Assembly (NCBI GenBank): GCA_964019425.1
Contig: OZ025805.1
Span: 868,001-932,000, forward strand
Origin: Flectonema sp. DT1601
Lineage: Eukaryota
Reading direction: 5' to 3'
Length of the DNA stretch: 64,000 nt
Numbering within the stretch: position 1 is the first letter of the stretch; each line of letters starts with the position of its first letter. The notes below the pieces were generated by a model. That model did no database searches and was not told the DNA's origin. It worked only from the letters and a program-made list of their open reading frames with translations. Shown here piece after piece: positions 20,848 through 34,500 of the stretch. The position numbers and the translations under genes were made by a program.

Positions 20848-23800
20848 TTCTCAAAGGCCGTGTGATTCGTACGGGAATCTGAGAAGCTGCAGAAGAGCAG
20901 TGTGTCCTGATCTTTCTACTCAACAATGTACTTGGATTAGAACTACGAGGGAGTGTAAATGTGTGAAACCTTCTTGTGATGACTTCTCGACTCCAACTAC
21001 TTGTCACACATCTAATTGCCCAGACCAGGATGATCGTCAATGCATCTGGATTAATAACGGATGTACTTGCAACACTGATCCAAGAACCTGTTCGGAAATT
21101 TCAACTCGTGCATCTTGTCAGACATCTCATTGCCCAGACCAGGATGATCGTCAATGCATCTGGATTAATAACGGATGTACTTGCAACACTGATCCAAGAA
21201 CCTGTTCGGAAATTTCAACTCGTGCATCTTGTCAGACATCTCATTGCCCAGACCAGGATGATCGTCAATGCATCTGGATTAATAACGGATGTACTTGCAA
21301 CACTGATCCGAGAACCTGTTCAGAAATTTCAACTCAAGCTTTTTGTCAAAGCTCTAATTGCCCAGACCAAGATGATCGTCAATGCATCTGGATTAATAAC
21401 GGATGTACTTGCAACACTGATCCAAGAACCTGTTCGGAAATTTCAACTCGTGCATCTTGTCAGACATCACATTGCCCAGACCAGGATGATCGTCAATGCA
21501 TCTGGATTAATAACGGATGTACTTGCAACACTGATCCAAGAACCTGTTCGGAAATTTCAACTCGTGCATCTTGTCAGACATCACATTGCCCAGACCAGGA
21601 TGATCGTCAATGCATCTGGATTAATAACGGATGTACTTGCAACACTGATCCGAGAACCTGTTCAGAAATTTCAACTCAAGCTTTTTGTCAAAGCTCTAAT
21701 TGCCCAGACCAAGATGATCGTCAATGCATCTGGATTAATAACGGATGTACTTGCAACACTGATCCAAGAACCTGTTCGGAAATTTCAACTCGTGCATCTT
21801 GTCAGACATCTCATTGCCCAGACCAGGATGATCGTCAATGCATCTGGATTAATAACGGATGTACTTGCAACACTGATCCAAGAACCTGTTCGGAAATTTC
21901 AACTCGTGCATCTTGTCAGACATCTCATTGCCCAGACCAGGATGATCGTCAATGTATCTGGATTAATAACGGATGTACTTGCAACAAGGATCCAAGAACC
22001 TGTTCCGACATCTCAACTCAAGCTGTTTGTCAAAGCTCTAATTGCCCAGACCAGGATGATCGTCAATGCATCTGGATTAATAACGGATGTACTTGCAACA
22101 AGGATCCAAGAACTTGTTCCGACATCTCAACTCAAGCTGTTTGTCAAAGCTCTAATTGCCCAGACCAGGATGATCGTCAATGCATCTGGATTAACAACGG
22201 ATGTACTTGCAACAAGGATCCAAGAACCTGTTCTGACATCTCAACTCAAGCTGTTTGTCAAAGCTCTAATTGCCCAGACCAGGATGATCGTCAATGTATC
22301 TGGATTAATAACGGATGTACTTGCAACAAGGATCCAAGAACCTGTTCTGACATCTCAACTCAAGCTGTTTGTCAAAGCTCTAATTGCCCAGACCAGGATG
22401 ATCGTCAATGTATCTGGATTAACAACGGATGTACTTGCAACAAGGATCCAAGAACCTGTTCTGACATCTCAACTCAAGCTGTTTGTCAAAGCTCTAATTG
22501 CCCAGACCAGGATGATCGTCAATGCATCTGGATTAACAACGGATGTACTTGCAACAAGGATCCAAGAACCTGTTCTGACATCTCAACTCAAGCTGTTTGT
22601 CAAAGCTCTAATTGCCCAGACCAGGATGATCGTCAATGTATCTGGATTAACAACGGATGTACTTGCAACAAGGATCCAAGAACCTGTTCTGACATCTCAA
22701 CTCAAGCTGTTTGTCAAAGCTCTAATTGCCCAGACCAGGATGATCGTCAATGCATCTGGATTAATAACGGATGTACTTGCAACAAGGATCCAAGAACTTG
22801 TTCCGACATCTCAACTCAAGCTGTTTGTCAAAGCTCTAATTGCCCAGACCAGGATGATCGTCAATGCATCTGGATTAATAACGGATGTACTTGCAACAAG
22901 GATCCAAGAACTTGTTCCGACATCTCAACTCAAGCTGTTTGTCAAAGCTCTAATTGCCCAGACCAGGATGATCGTCAATGCATCTGGATTAATAACGGAT
23001 GTACTTGCAACAAGGATCCAAGAACTTGTTCCGACATCTCAACTCAAGCTGTTTGTCAAAGCTCTAATTGCCCAGACCAGGATGATCGTCAATGCATCTG
23101 GATTAATAACGGATGTACTTGCAACAAGGATCCAAGAACCTGTTCTGACATCTCAACTCAAGCTGCTTGTCAAAGCTCTAATTGCCCAGACCAGGATGAT
23201 CGTCAATGCATCTGGATTAATAACGGATGTACTTGCAACAAGGATCCAAGAACTTGTTCCGACATCTCAACTCAAGCTGTTTGTCAAAGCTCTAATTGCC
23301 CAGACCAGGATGATCGTCAATGCATCTGGATTAATAACGGATGTACTTGCAACAAGGATCCAAGAACCTGTTCTGACATCTCAACTCAAGCTGTTTGTCA
23401 AAGCTCTAATTGCCCAGACCAGGATGATCGTCAATGCATCTGGATTAATAACGGATGTACTTGCAACAAGGATCCAAGAACCTGTTCTGACATCTCAACT
23501 CAAGCTGCTTGTCAAAGCTCTAATTGCCCAGACCAGGATGATCGTCAATGCATCTGGATTAATAACGGATGTACTTGCAACAAGGATCCAAGAACTTGTT
23601 CCGACATCTCAACTCAAGCTGTTTGTCAAAGCTCTAATTGCCCAGACCAGGATGATCGTCAATGCATCTGGATTAATAACGGATGTACTTGCAACAAGGA
23701 TCCAAGAACCTGTTCTGACATCTCAACTCAAGCTGTTTGTCAAAGCTCTAATTGCCCAGACCAGGATGATCGTCAATGCATCTGGATTAATAACGGATGT

Positions 23801-26800
23801 ACTTGCAACAAGGATCCAAGAACCTGTTCTGACATCTCAACTCAAGCTGCTTGTCAAAGCTCTAATTGCCCAGACCAGGATGATCGTCAATGCATCTGGA
23901 TTAATAACGGATGTACTTGCAACAAGGATCCAAGAACCTGTTCCGACATCTCAACTCAAGCTGTTTGTCAAAGCTCTAATTGCCCAGACCAGGATGATCG
24001 TCAATGCATCTGGATTAACAACGGATGTACTTGCAACAAGGATCCAAGAACCTGTTCTGACATCTCAACTCAAGCTGTTTGTCAAAGCTCTAATTGCCCA
24101 GACCAGGATGATCGTCAATGCATCTGGATTAATAACGGATGTACTTGCAACAAGGATCCAAGAACCTGTTCCGACATCTCAACTCAAGCTGCTCGTCAAA
24201 GCTCTAATTGCCCAGACCAGGATGATCGTCAATGCATCTGGATTAATAACGGATGTACTTGCAACAAGGATCCAAGAACCTGTTCTGACATCTCAACTCA
24301 AGCTGTTTGTCAAAGCTCTAATTGCCCAGACCAGGATGATCGTCAATGCATCTGGATTAATAACGGATGTACTTGCAACAAGGATCCAAGAACCTGTTCT
24401 GACATCTCAACTCAAGCTGCTTGTCAAAGCTCTAATTGCCCAGACCAGGATGATCGTCAATGCATCTGGATTAATAACGGATGTACTTGCAACGAGGATC
24501 CAAGAACCTGTTCTGACATCTCAACTCAAGCTGCTTGTCAAAGCTCTAATTGCCCAGACCAGGATGATCGTCAATGCATCTGGATTAATAACGGATGTAC
24601 TTGCAACAAGGATCCAAGAACCTGTTCTGACATCTCAACTCAAGCTGTTTGTCAAAGCTCTAATTGCCCAGACCAGGATGATCGTCAATGCATCTGGATT
24701 AATAACGGATGTACTTGCAACAAGGATCCAAGAACCTGTTCTGACATCTCAACTCAAGCTGTTTGTCAAAGCTCTAATTGCCCAGACCAGGATGATCGTC
24801 AATGCATCTGGATTAACAACGGATGTACTTGCAACAAGGATCCAAGAACCTGTTCTGACATCTCAACTCAAGCTGCTTGTCAAAGCTCTAATTGCCCAGA
24901 CCAGGATGATCGTCAATGTATCTGGATTAATAACGGATGTACTTGCAACAAGGATCCAAGAACCTGTTCCGACATCTCAACTCAAGCTGTTTGTCAAAGC
25001 TCTAATTGCCCAGACCAGGATGATCGTCAATGCATCTGGATTAATAACGGATGTACTTGCAACAAGGATCCAAGAACCTGTTCTGACATCTCAACTCAAG
25101 CTGTTTGTCAAAGCTCTAATTGCCCAGACCAGGATGATCGTCAATGCATCTGGATTAATAACGGATGTACTTGCAACAAGGATCCAAGAACCTGTTCTGA
25201 CATCTCAACTCAAGCTGCTTGTCAAAGCTCTAATTGCCCAGACCAGGATGATCGTCAATGCATCTGGATTAACAACGGATGTACTTGCAACAAGGATCCA
25301 AGAACCTGTTCCGACATCTCAACTCAAGCTGTTTGTCAAAGCTCTAATTGCCCAGACCAGGATGATCGTCAATGCATCTGGATTAATAACGGATGTACTT
25401 GCAACAAGGATCCAAGAACCTGTTCCGACATCTCAACTCAAGCTGTTTGTCAAAGCTCTAATTGCCCAGACCAGGATGATCGTCAATGCATCTGGATTAA
25501 TAACGGATGTACTTGCAACAAGGATCCAAGAACCTGTTCTGACATCTCAACTCAAGCTGTTTGTCAAAGCTCTAATTGCCCAGACCAGGATGATCGTCAA
25601 TGCATCTGGATTAACAACGGATGTACTTGCAACAAGGATCCAAGAACCTGTTCTGACATCTCAACTCAAGCTGCTTGTCAAAGCTCTAATTGCCCAGACC
25701 AGGATGATCGTCAATGCATCTGGATTAATAACGGATGTACTTGCAACAAGGATCCAAGAACTTGTTCCGACATCTCAACTCAAGCTGTTTGTCAAAGCTC
25801 TAATTGCCCAGACCAGGATGATCGTCAATGCATCTGGATTAACAACGGATGTACTTGCAACAAGGATCCAAGAACCTGTTCTGACATCTCAACTCAAGCT
25901 GTTTGTCAAAGCTCTAATTGCCCAGACCAGGATGATCGTCAATGCATCTGGATTAATAACGGATGTACTTGCAACAAGGATCCAAGAACTTGTTCTGACA
26001 TCTCAACTCAAGCTGTTTGTCAAAGCTCTAATTGCCCAGACCAGGATGATCGTCAATGCATCTGGATTAATAACGGATGTACTTGCAACAAGGATCCAAG
26101 AACCTGTTCTGACATCTCAACTCAAGCTGTTTGTCAAAGCTCTAATTGCCCAGACCAGGATGATCGTCAATGCATCTGGATTAACAACGGATGTACTTGC
26201 AACAAGGATCCAAGAACCTGTTCTGACATCTCAACTCAAGCTGTTTGTCAAAGCTCTAATTGCCCAGACCAGGATGATCGTCAATGCATCTGGATTAATA
26301 ACGGATGTACTTGCAACAAGGATCCAAGAACTTGTTCTGACATCTCAACTCAAGCTGTTTGTCAAAGCTCTAATTGCCCAGACCAGGATGATCGTCAATG
26401 CATCTGGATTAATAACGGATGTACTTGCAACAAGGATCCAAGAACCTGTTCTGACATCTCAACTCAAGCTGTTTGTCAAAGCTCTAATTGCCCAGACCAG
26501 GATGATCGTCAATGTATCTGGATTAATAACGGATGTACTTGCAACAAGGATCCAAGAACTTGTTCCGACATCTCAACTCAAGCTGTTTGTCAAAGCTCTA
26601 ATTGCCCGGACCAGGATGATCGTCAATGCATCTGGATTAATAACGGATGTACTTGCAACAAGGATCCAAGAACTTGTTCCGACATCTCAACTCAAGCTGT
26701 TTGTCAAAGCTCTAATTGCCCAGACCAGGATGATCGTCAATGCATCTGGATTAACAACGGATGTACTTGCAACAAGGATCCAAGAACCTGTTCTGACATC

Positions 26801-27580
26801 TCAACTCAAGCTGCTTGTCAAAGCTCTAATTGCCCAGACCAGGATGATCGTCAATGCATCTGGATTAATAACGGATGTACTTGCAACAAGGATCCAAGAA
26901 CCTGTTCTGACATCTCAACTCAAGCTGTTTGTCAAAGCTCTAATTGCCCAGACCAGGATGATCGTCAATGCATCTGGATTAACAACGGATGTACTTGCAA
27001 CAAGGATCCAAGAACTTGTTCCGACATCTCAACTCAAGCTGTTTGTCAAAGCTCTAATTGCCCAGACCAGGATGATCGTCAATGCATCTGGATTAATAAC
27101 GGATGTACTTGCAACAAGGATCCAAGAACCTGTTCTGACATCTCAACTCAAGCTGTTTGTCAAAGCTCTAATTGCCCAGACCAGGATGATCGTCAATGCA
27201 TCTGGATTAATAACGGATGTACTTGCAACAAGGATCCAAGAACTTGTTCTGACATCTCAACTCAAGCTGTTTGTCAAAGCTCTAATTGCCCAGACCAGGA
27301 TGATCGTCAATGCATCTGGATTAATAACGGATGTACTTGCAACAAGGATCCAAGAACCTGTTCTGACATCTCAACTCAAACTGTTTGTCAAAGCTCTAAT
27401 TGCCCAGACCAGGATGATCGTCAATGCATCTGGATTAATAACGGATGTACTTGCAACAAGGATCCAAGAACCTGTTCTGACATCTCAACTCAAGCTGTTT
27501 GTCAAAGCTCTAATTGCCCAGACCAGGATGATCGTCGGTGTGTCTGGAGTGAAGTTGGGTGTACTTGCCGATTGATTTAG
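20848..27580 (+). pseudogene. Family B copy 5 (59 modules), lacking ATG and signal peptide
   Basis: The junction GAACACT|TTCTCAA at 20847/20848 removes 103 bp. An in-frame TGA lies just upstream, and the remaining frame contains no ATG (the ORF track start is GTG, Val31). Confidence 0.8.
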
Positions 27581-28465
27581 TCAGCGGTATATTCTTCGTC
27601 GTTTTAACAAATTATGATTTAAAAAGTATACTCTTGAAGATTGTAAAGTAGATGAAGATGTTTCTCTTTGTATACTTCAATGAGTGTTTCAGATAGTTAT
27701 GCGAAGCTGTTCATGCTATATTTCTGTTGTCTTTATTTTCAAGATATTTTTATTCGCTCAAATGATTTAAGTAGTGATGAATGCACTCTGTAAGGCTTGT
27801 GTTCATGGCTCTTCATTTTACTCTCTCACAGCGGTGTCTTATTGTATTACAGTTAGACTCATGTTTTTACTTACAATTTAGGAATAGTACCTTTTTCCTT
27901 CCCTCTCTGATTTTTTTTGTCGGTAGCTAACAATAGCTTTTTTTAGGGGAGTGAAATACTGCAGTGAGCATTGTAATTGTTTGAGTATCGGTAGCAATGG
28001 AGTGAAGTTAATTCATCCGAAGCTACTGAGTTACCTGCTTATACTTCTCATGTTATACTGCAATGTTGGATACATTCTGACGCATTTTTTCCTCGAGATT
28101 GTCGTTGAACGCTGCTGTCTTTTTTCTCTTTTCCTCTCTCTGTTTAGACTGTTATATGTCTATGAAAGAATTGTTTTAGGTGGAGGAAATTTTGTCGCTG
28201 TGTCTCTCTTGTAGCCAAGCTTGCTACGTTGATTTTGTTAATTTTGAAACTAAGATTAACGAAATCTCGATTCCAATATGAGCAGTGAAAGGTTTAGTTA
28301 TTTAATCATTGTAATTCATTATAACTTAAGTATCATACAAAATATGTTCCGTGGTTTCTGTCCAAATCAACGATCAAATTAGAGGGTGTCGTTGAACACT
28401 GATATTTCTTACTTCGTGATTCTCGCTACTTAATATTACTCTTAATAGTTTATCTAACATCAAAT

Positions 28466-30676
28466 ATGATATATTCAATCGCTGTTATCCTCACATTGGC
28501 TCTTTCTCAAAGGCCGTGTGATTCGTACGGGAATCTGAGAAGCTGCAGAAGAGCAGTGTGTCCTGATCTTTCTACTCAACAATGTACTTGGATTAGAACT
28601 ACGAGGGAGTGTAAATGTGTGAAACCTTCTTGTGATGACTTCTCGACTCCAACTACTTGTCAAACATCTAATTGCCCAGACCAGGATGATCGTCAATGCA
28701 TCTGGATTAATAACGGATGTACTTGCAACAAGGATCCAAGAACCTGTTCTGACATCTCAACTCAAGCTGTTTGTCAAAGCTCTAATTGCCCAGACCAGGA
28801 TGATCGTCAATGCATCTGGATTAATAACGGATGTACTTGCAACAAGGATCCAAGAAGCTGTTCTGACATCTCAACTCAAGCTGTTTGTCAAAGCTCTAAT
28901 TGCCCAGACCAGGATGATCGTCAATGCATCTGGATTAATAACGGATGTACTTGCAACAAGGATCCTAGAAGCTGTTCTGACATCTCAACTCAAGCTGTTT
29001 GTCAAAGCTCTAATTGCCCAGACCAGGATGATCGTCAATGCATCTGGATTAATAACGGATGTACTTGCAACAAGGATCCAAGAACCTGTTCTGACATCTC
29101 AACTCAAGCTGTTTGTCAAAGCTCTAATTGCCCAGACCAGGATGATCGTCAATGCATCTGGATTAATAACGGATGTACTTGCAACAAGGATCCAAGAACC
29201 TGTTCTGACATCTCAACTCAAGCTGTTTGTCAAAGTTCTAATTGCCCAGACCAGGATGATCGTCAATGCATCTGGATTAATAACGGATGTACTTGCAACA
29301 AGGATCCAAGAACCTGTTCTGACATCTCAACTCAAGCTGTTTGTCAAAGCTCTAATTGCCCAGACCAGGATGATCGTCAATGCATCTGGATTAATAACGG
29401 ATGTACTTGCAACAAGGATCCAAGAACTTGTTCCGACATCTCAACTCAAGCTGCTTGTCAAAGCTCTAATTGCCCAGACCAGGATGATCGTCAATGTATC
29501 TGGATTAATAACGGATGTACTTGCAACAAGGATCCAAGAACCTGTTCTGACATCTCAACTCAAGCTGCTTGTCAAAGCTCTAATTGCCCAGACCAGGATG
29601 ATCGTCAATGCATCTGGATTAATAACGGATGTACTTGCAACAAGGATCCAATAACCTGTTCTGACATCTCAACTCAAGCTGCTTGTCAAAGCTCTAATTG
29701 CCCAGACCAGGATGATCGTCAATGCATCTGGATTAACAACGGATGTACTTGCAACAAGGATCCAAGAACCTGTTCTGACATCTCAACTCAAGCTGCTTGT
29801 CAAAGCTCTAATTGCCCAGACCAGGATGATCGTCAATGCATCTGGATTAATAACGGATGTACTTGCAACAAGGATCCAATAACCTGTTCTGACATCTCAA
29901 CTCAAGCTGCTTGTCAAAGCTCTAATTGCCCAGACCAGGATGATCGTCAATGCATCTGGATTAATAACGGATGTACTTGCAACAAGGATCCAAGAACCTG
30001 TTCTGACATCTCAGCTCAAGCTGTTTGTCAAAGCTCTAATTGCCCAGACCAGGATGATCGTCAATGCATCTGGATTAATAACGGATGTACTTGCAACAAG
30101 GATCCAAGAACCTGTTCCGACATCTCAACTCAAGCTGTTTGTCAAAGCTCTAATTGCCCAGACCAGGATGATCGTCAATGCATCTGGATTAATAACGGAT
30201 GTACTTGCAACAAGGATCCAAGAACCTGTTCCGACATCTCAACTCAAGCTGTTTGTCAAAGCTCTAATTGCCCAGACCAGGATGATCGTCAATGCATCTG
30301 GATTAATAACGGATGTACTTGCAACAAGGATCCAAGAACCTGTTCCGACATCTCAACTCAAGCTGTTTGTCAAAGCTCTAATTGCCCAGACCAGGATGAT
30401 CGTCAATGCATCTGGATTAATAACGGATGTACTTGCAACAAGGATCCAAGAACTTGTTCCGACATCTCAACTCAAGCTGTTTGTCAAAGCTCTAATTGCC
30501 CAGACCAGGATGATCGTCAATGCATCTGGATTAATAACGGATGTACTTGCAACAAGGATCCAAGAACTTGTTCCGACATCTCAACTCAAGCTGTTTGTCA
30601 AAGCTCTAATTGCCCAGACCAGGATGATCGTCGGTGTGTCTGGAGTGAAGTTGGGTGTACTTGCCGATTGATTTAG
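28466..30676 (+). CDS. Family B copy 6 (736 aa, 19 modules)
   Basis: Same leader and terminal modules; open frame. Confidence 0.88.
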   Translation: MIYSIAVILTLALSQRPCDSYGNLRSCRRAVCPDLSTQQCTWIRTTRECKCVKPSCDDFSTPTTCQTSNCPDQDDRQCIWINNGCTCNKDPRTCSDISTQAVCQSSNCPDQDDRQCIWINNGCTCNKDPRSCSDISTQAVCQSSNCPDQDDRQCIWINNGCTCNKDPRSCSDISTQAVCQSSNCPDQDDRQCIWINNGCTCNKDPRTCSDISTQAVCQSSNCPDQDDRQCIWINNGCTCNKDPRTCSDISTQAVCQSSNCPDQDDRQCIWINNGCTCNKDPRTCSDISTQAVCQSSNCPDQDDRQCIWINNGCTCNKDPRTCSDISTQAACQSSNCPDQDDRQCIWINNGCTCNKDPRTCSDISTQAACQSSNCPDQDDRQCIWINNGCTCNKDPITCSDISTQAACQSSNCPDQDDRQCIWINNGCTCNKDPRTCSDISTQAACQSSNCPDQDDRQCIWINNGCTCNKDPITCSDISTQAACQSSNCPDQDDRQCIWINNGCTCNKDPRTCSDISAQAVCQSSNCPDQDDRQCIWINNGCTCNKDPRTCSDISTQAVCQSSNCPDQDDRQCIWINNGCTCNKDPRTCSDISTQAVCQSSNCPDQDDRQCIWINNGCTCNKDPRTCSDISTQAVCQSSNCPDQDDRQCIWINNGCTCNKDPRTCSDISTQAVCQSSNCPDQDDRQCIWINNGCTCNKDPRTCSDISTQAVCQSSNCPDQDDRRCVWSEVGCTCRLI

Positions 30677-31561
30677 TCAGCGGTATATTCTTCGTCGTTT
30701 TAACAAATTATGATTTAAAAAGAATACTCTTGAAGATTGTAAAGTAGATGAAGATGTTTCTCTTTGTATACTTCAATGAGTGTTTCAGGTAGTTATGCGA
30801 AGCTGTTCATGCTATATTTCTGTTGTCTTTATTTTCAAGATATTTTTATTCGCTCAAATGATTTAAGTAGTGATGAATGCACTCTGTAAGGCTTGTGTTC
30901 ATGGCTCTTCATTTTACTCTCTCACAGCGGTGTCTTATTGTATTACATTTAGACTCATGTTTTTACTTACAATTTAGGAATAGTACCTTTTTCCTTCCCT
31001 CTCTGATTTTTTTTGTCGGTAGCTAACAATAGCTTTTTTTAGGGGAGTGAAATACTGCAGTGAGCATTGTAATTGTTTGAGTATCGGTAGCAATGGAGTG
31101 AAGTTAATTCATCCGAAGCTACTGAGTTACCTGCTTATACTTCTCATGTTATACTGCAATGTTGGATACATTCTGACGCATTTTTTCCTCGAGATTGTCG
31201 TTGAACGCTGCTGTCTTTTTTCTCTTTTCCTCTCTCTGTTTAGACTGTTATATGTCTATGAAAGAATTGTTTTAGGTGGAGGAAATTTTGTCGCTGTGTC
31301 TCTCTTGTAGCCAAGCTTGCTACGTTGATTTTGTTAATTTTGAAACTAAGATTAACGAAATCTCGATTCCAATATGAGCAGTGAAAGGTTTAGTTATTTA
31401 ATCATTGTAATTCATTATTACTTAAGTATCATACAAAATATGTTCCGTGGTTTCTGTCCAAATCAACGATCAAATTAGAGGGTGTCGTTGAACACTGATA
31501 TTTCTTACTTCGTGATTCTCGCTACTTAATATTACTCTTAATAGTTTATCTAACATCAAAT

Positions 31562-34500
31562 ATGATATATTCAATCGCTGTTATCCTCACATTGGCTCTT
31601 TCTCAAAGGCCGTGTGATTCGTACGGGAATCTGAGAAGCTGCAGAAGAGCAGTGTGTCGTGATCTTTCTACTCAACAATGTACTTGGATTAGAACTACGA
31701 GGGAGTGTAAATGTGTGAAACCTTCTTGTGATGACTTCTCGACTCCAACTACTTGTCACACATCTAATTGCCCAGACCAGGATGATCGTCAATGCATCTG
31801 GATTAATAACGGATGTACTTGCAACACTGATCCAAGAACCTGTTCGGAAATTTCAACTCGTGCATCTTGTCAGACATCACATTGCCCAGACCAGGATGAT
31901 CGTCAATGCATCTGGATTAATAACGGATGTACTTGCAACACTGATCCGAGAACCTGTTCAGAAATTTCAACTCAAGCTTTTTGTCAAAGCTCTAATTGCC
32001 CAGACCAAGATGATCGTCAATGCATCTGGATTAATAACGGATGTACTTGCAACACTGATCCAAGAACCTGTTCGGAAATTTCAACTCGTGCATCTTGTCA
32101 GACATCTCATTGCCCAGACCAGGATGATCGTCAATGTATCTGGATTAATAACGGATGTACTTGCAACAAGGATCCAAGAACTTGTTCCGACATCTCAACT
32201 CAAGCTGTTTGTCAAAGCTCTAATTGCCCAGACCAGGATGATCGTCAATGCATCTGGATTAATAACGGATGTACTTGCAACAAGGATCCAAGAACTTGTT
32301 CTGACATCTCAACTCAAGCTGTTTGTCAAAGCTCTAATTGCCCAGACCAGGATGATCGTCAATGCATCTGGATTAATAACGGATGTACTTGCAACAAGGA
32401 TCCAAGAACCTGTTCTGACATCTCAACTCAAACTGTTTGTCAAAGCTCTAATTGCCCAGACCAGGATGATCGTCAATGCATCTGGATTAATAACGGATGT
32501 ACTTGCAACAAGGATCCAAGAACCTGTTCTGACATCTCAACTCAAGCTGTTTGTCAAAGCTCTAATTGCCCAGACCAGGATGATCGTCAATGTATCTGGA
32601 TTAATAACGGATGTACTTGCAACAAGGATCCAAGAACTTGTTCCGACATCTCAACTCAAGCTGTTTGTCAAAGCTCTAATTGCCCAGACCAGGATGATCG
32701 TCAATGCATCTGGATTAATAACGGATGTACTTGCAACAAGGATCCAAGAACTTGTTCCGACATCTCAACTCAAGCTGTTTGTCAAAGCTCTAATTGCCCA
32801 GACCAGGATGATCGTCAATGCATCTGGATTAATAACGGATGTACTTGCAACACTGATCCGAGAACCTGTTCAGAAATTTCAACTCAAGCTTTTTGTCAAA
32901 GCTCTAATTGCCCAGACCAAGATGATCGTCAATGCATCTGGATTAATAACGGATGTACTTGCAACACTGATCCAAGAACCTGTTCGGAAATTTCAACTCG
33001 TGCATCTTGTCAGACATCTCATTGCCCAGACCAGGATGATCGTCAATGTATCTGGATTAATAACGGATGTACTTGCAACAAGGATCCAAGAACCTGTTCC
33101 GACATCTCAACTCAAGCTGTTTGTCAAAGCTCTAATTGCCCAGACCAGGATGATCGTCAATGCATCTGGATTAATAACGGATGTACTTGCAACAAGGATC
33201 CAAGAACTTGTTCCGACATCTCAACTCAAGCTGTTTGTCAAAGCTCTAATTGCCCAGACCAGGATGATCGTCAATGCATCTGGATTAACAACGGATGTAC
33301 TTGCAACAAGGATCCAAGAACCTGTTCTGACATCTCAACTCAAGCTGTTTGTCAAAGCTCTAATTGCCCAGACCAGGATGATCGTCAATGTATCTGGATT
33401 AATAACGGATGTACTTGCAACAAGGATCCAAGAACTTGTTCTGACATCTCAACTCAAGCTGTTTGTCAAAGCTCTAATTGCCCAGACCAGGATGATCGTC
33501 AATGCATCTGGATTAATAACGGATGTACTTGCAACAAGGATCCAAGAACCTGTTCTGACATCTCAACTCAAGCTGTTTGTCAAAGCTCTAATTGCCCAGA
33601 CCAGGATGATCGTCAATGTATCTGGATTAATAACGGATGTACTTGCAACAAGGATCCAAGAACTTGTTCCGACATCTCAACTCAAGCTGTTTGTCAAAGC
33701 TCTAATTGCCCAGACCAGGATGATCGTCAATGCATCTGGATTAATAACGGATGTACTTGCAACAAGGATCCAAGAACTTGTTCCGACATCTCAACTCAAG
33801 CTGTTTGTCAAAGCTCTAATTGCCCAGACCAGGATGATCGTCAATGCATCTGGATTAATAACGGATGTACTTGCAACAAGGATCCAAGAACCTGTTCTGA
33901 CATCTCAACTCAAGCTGCTTGTCAAAGCTCTAATTGCCCAGACCAGGATGATCGTCAATGCATCTGGATTAATAACGGATGTACTTGCAACAAGGATCCA
34001 AGAACTTGTTCCGACATCTCAACTCAAGCTGTTTGTCAAAGCTCTAATTGCCCAGACCAGGATGATCGTCAATGTATCTGGATTAATAACGGATGTACTT
34101 GCAACAAGGATCCAAGAACCTGTTCTGACATCTCAACTCAAGCTGCTTGTCAAAGCTCTAATTGCCCAGACCAGGATGATCGTCAATGCATCTGGATTAA
34201 TAACGGATGTACTTGCAACAAGGATCCAAGAACTTGTTCCGACATCTCAACTCAAGCTGTTTGTCAAAGCTCTAATTGCCCAGACCAGGATGATCGTCAA
34301 TGCATCTGGATTAATAACGGATGTACTTGCAACAAGGATCCAAGAACCTGTTCTGACATCTCAACTCAAGCTGCTTGTCAAAGCTCTAATTGCCCAGACC
34401 AGGATGATCGTCAATGCATCTGGATTAATAACGGATGTACTTGCAACGAGGATCCAAGAACCTGTTCTGACATCTCAACTCAAGCTGCTTGTCAAAGCTC

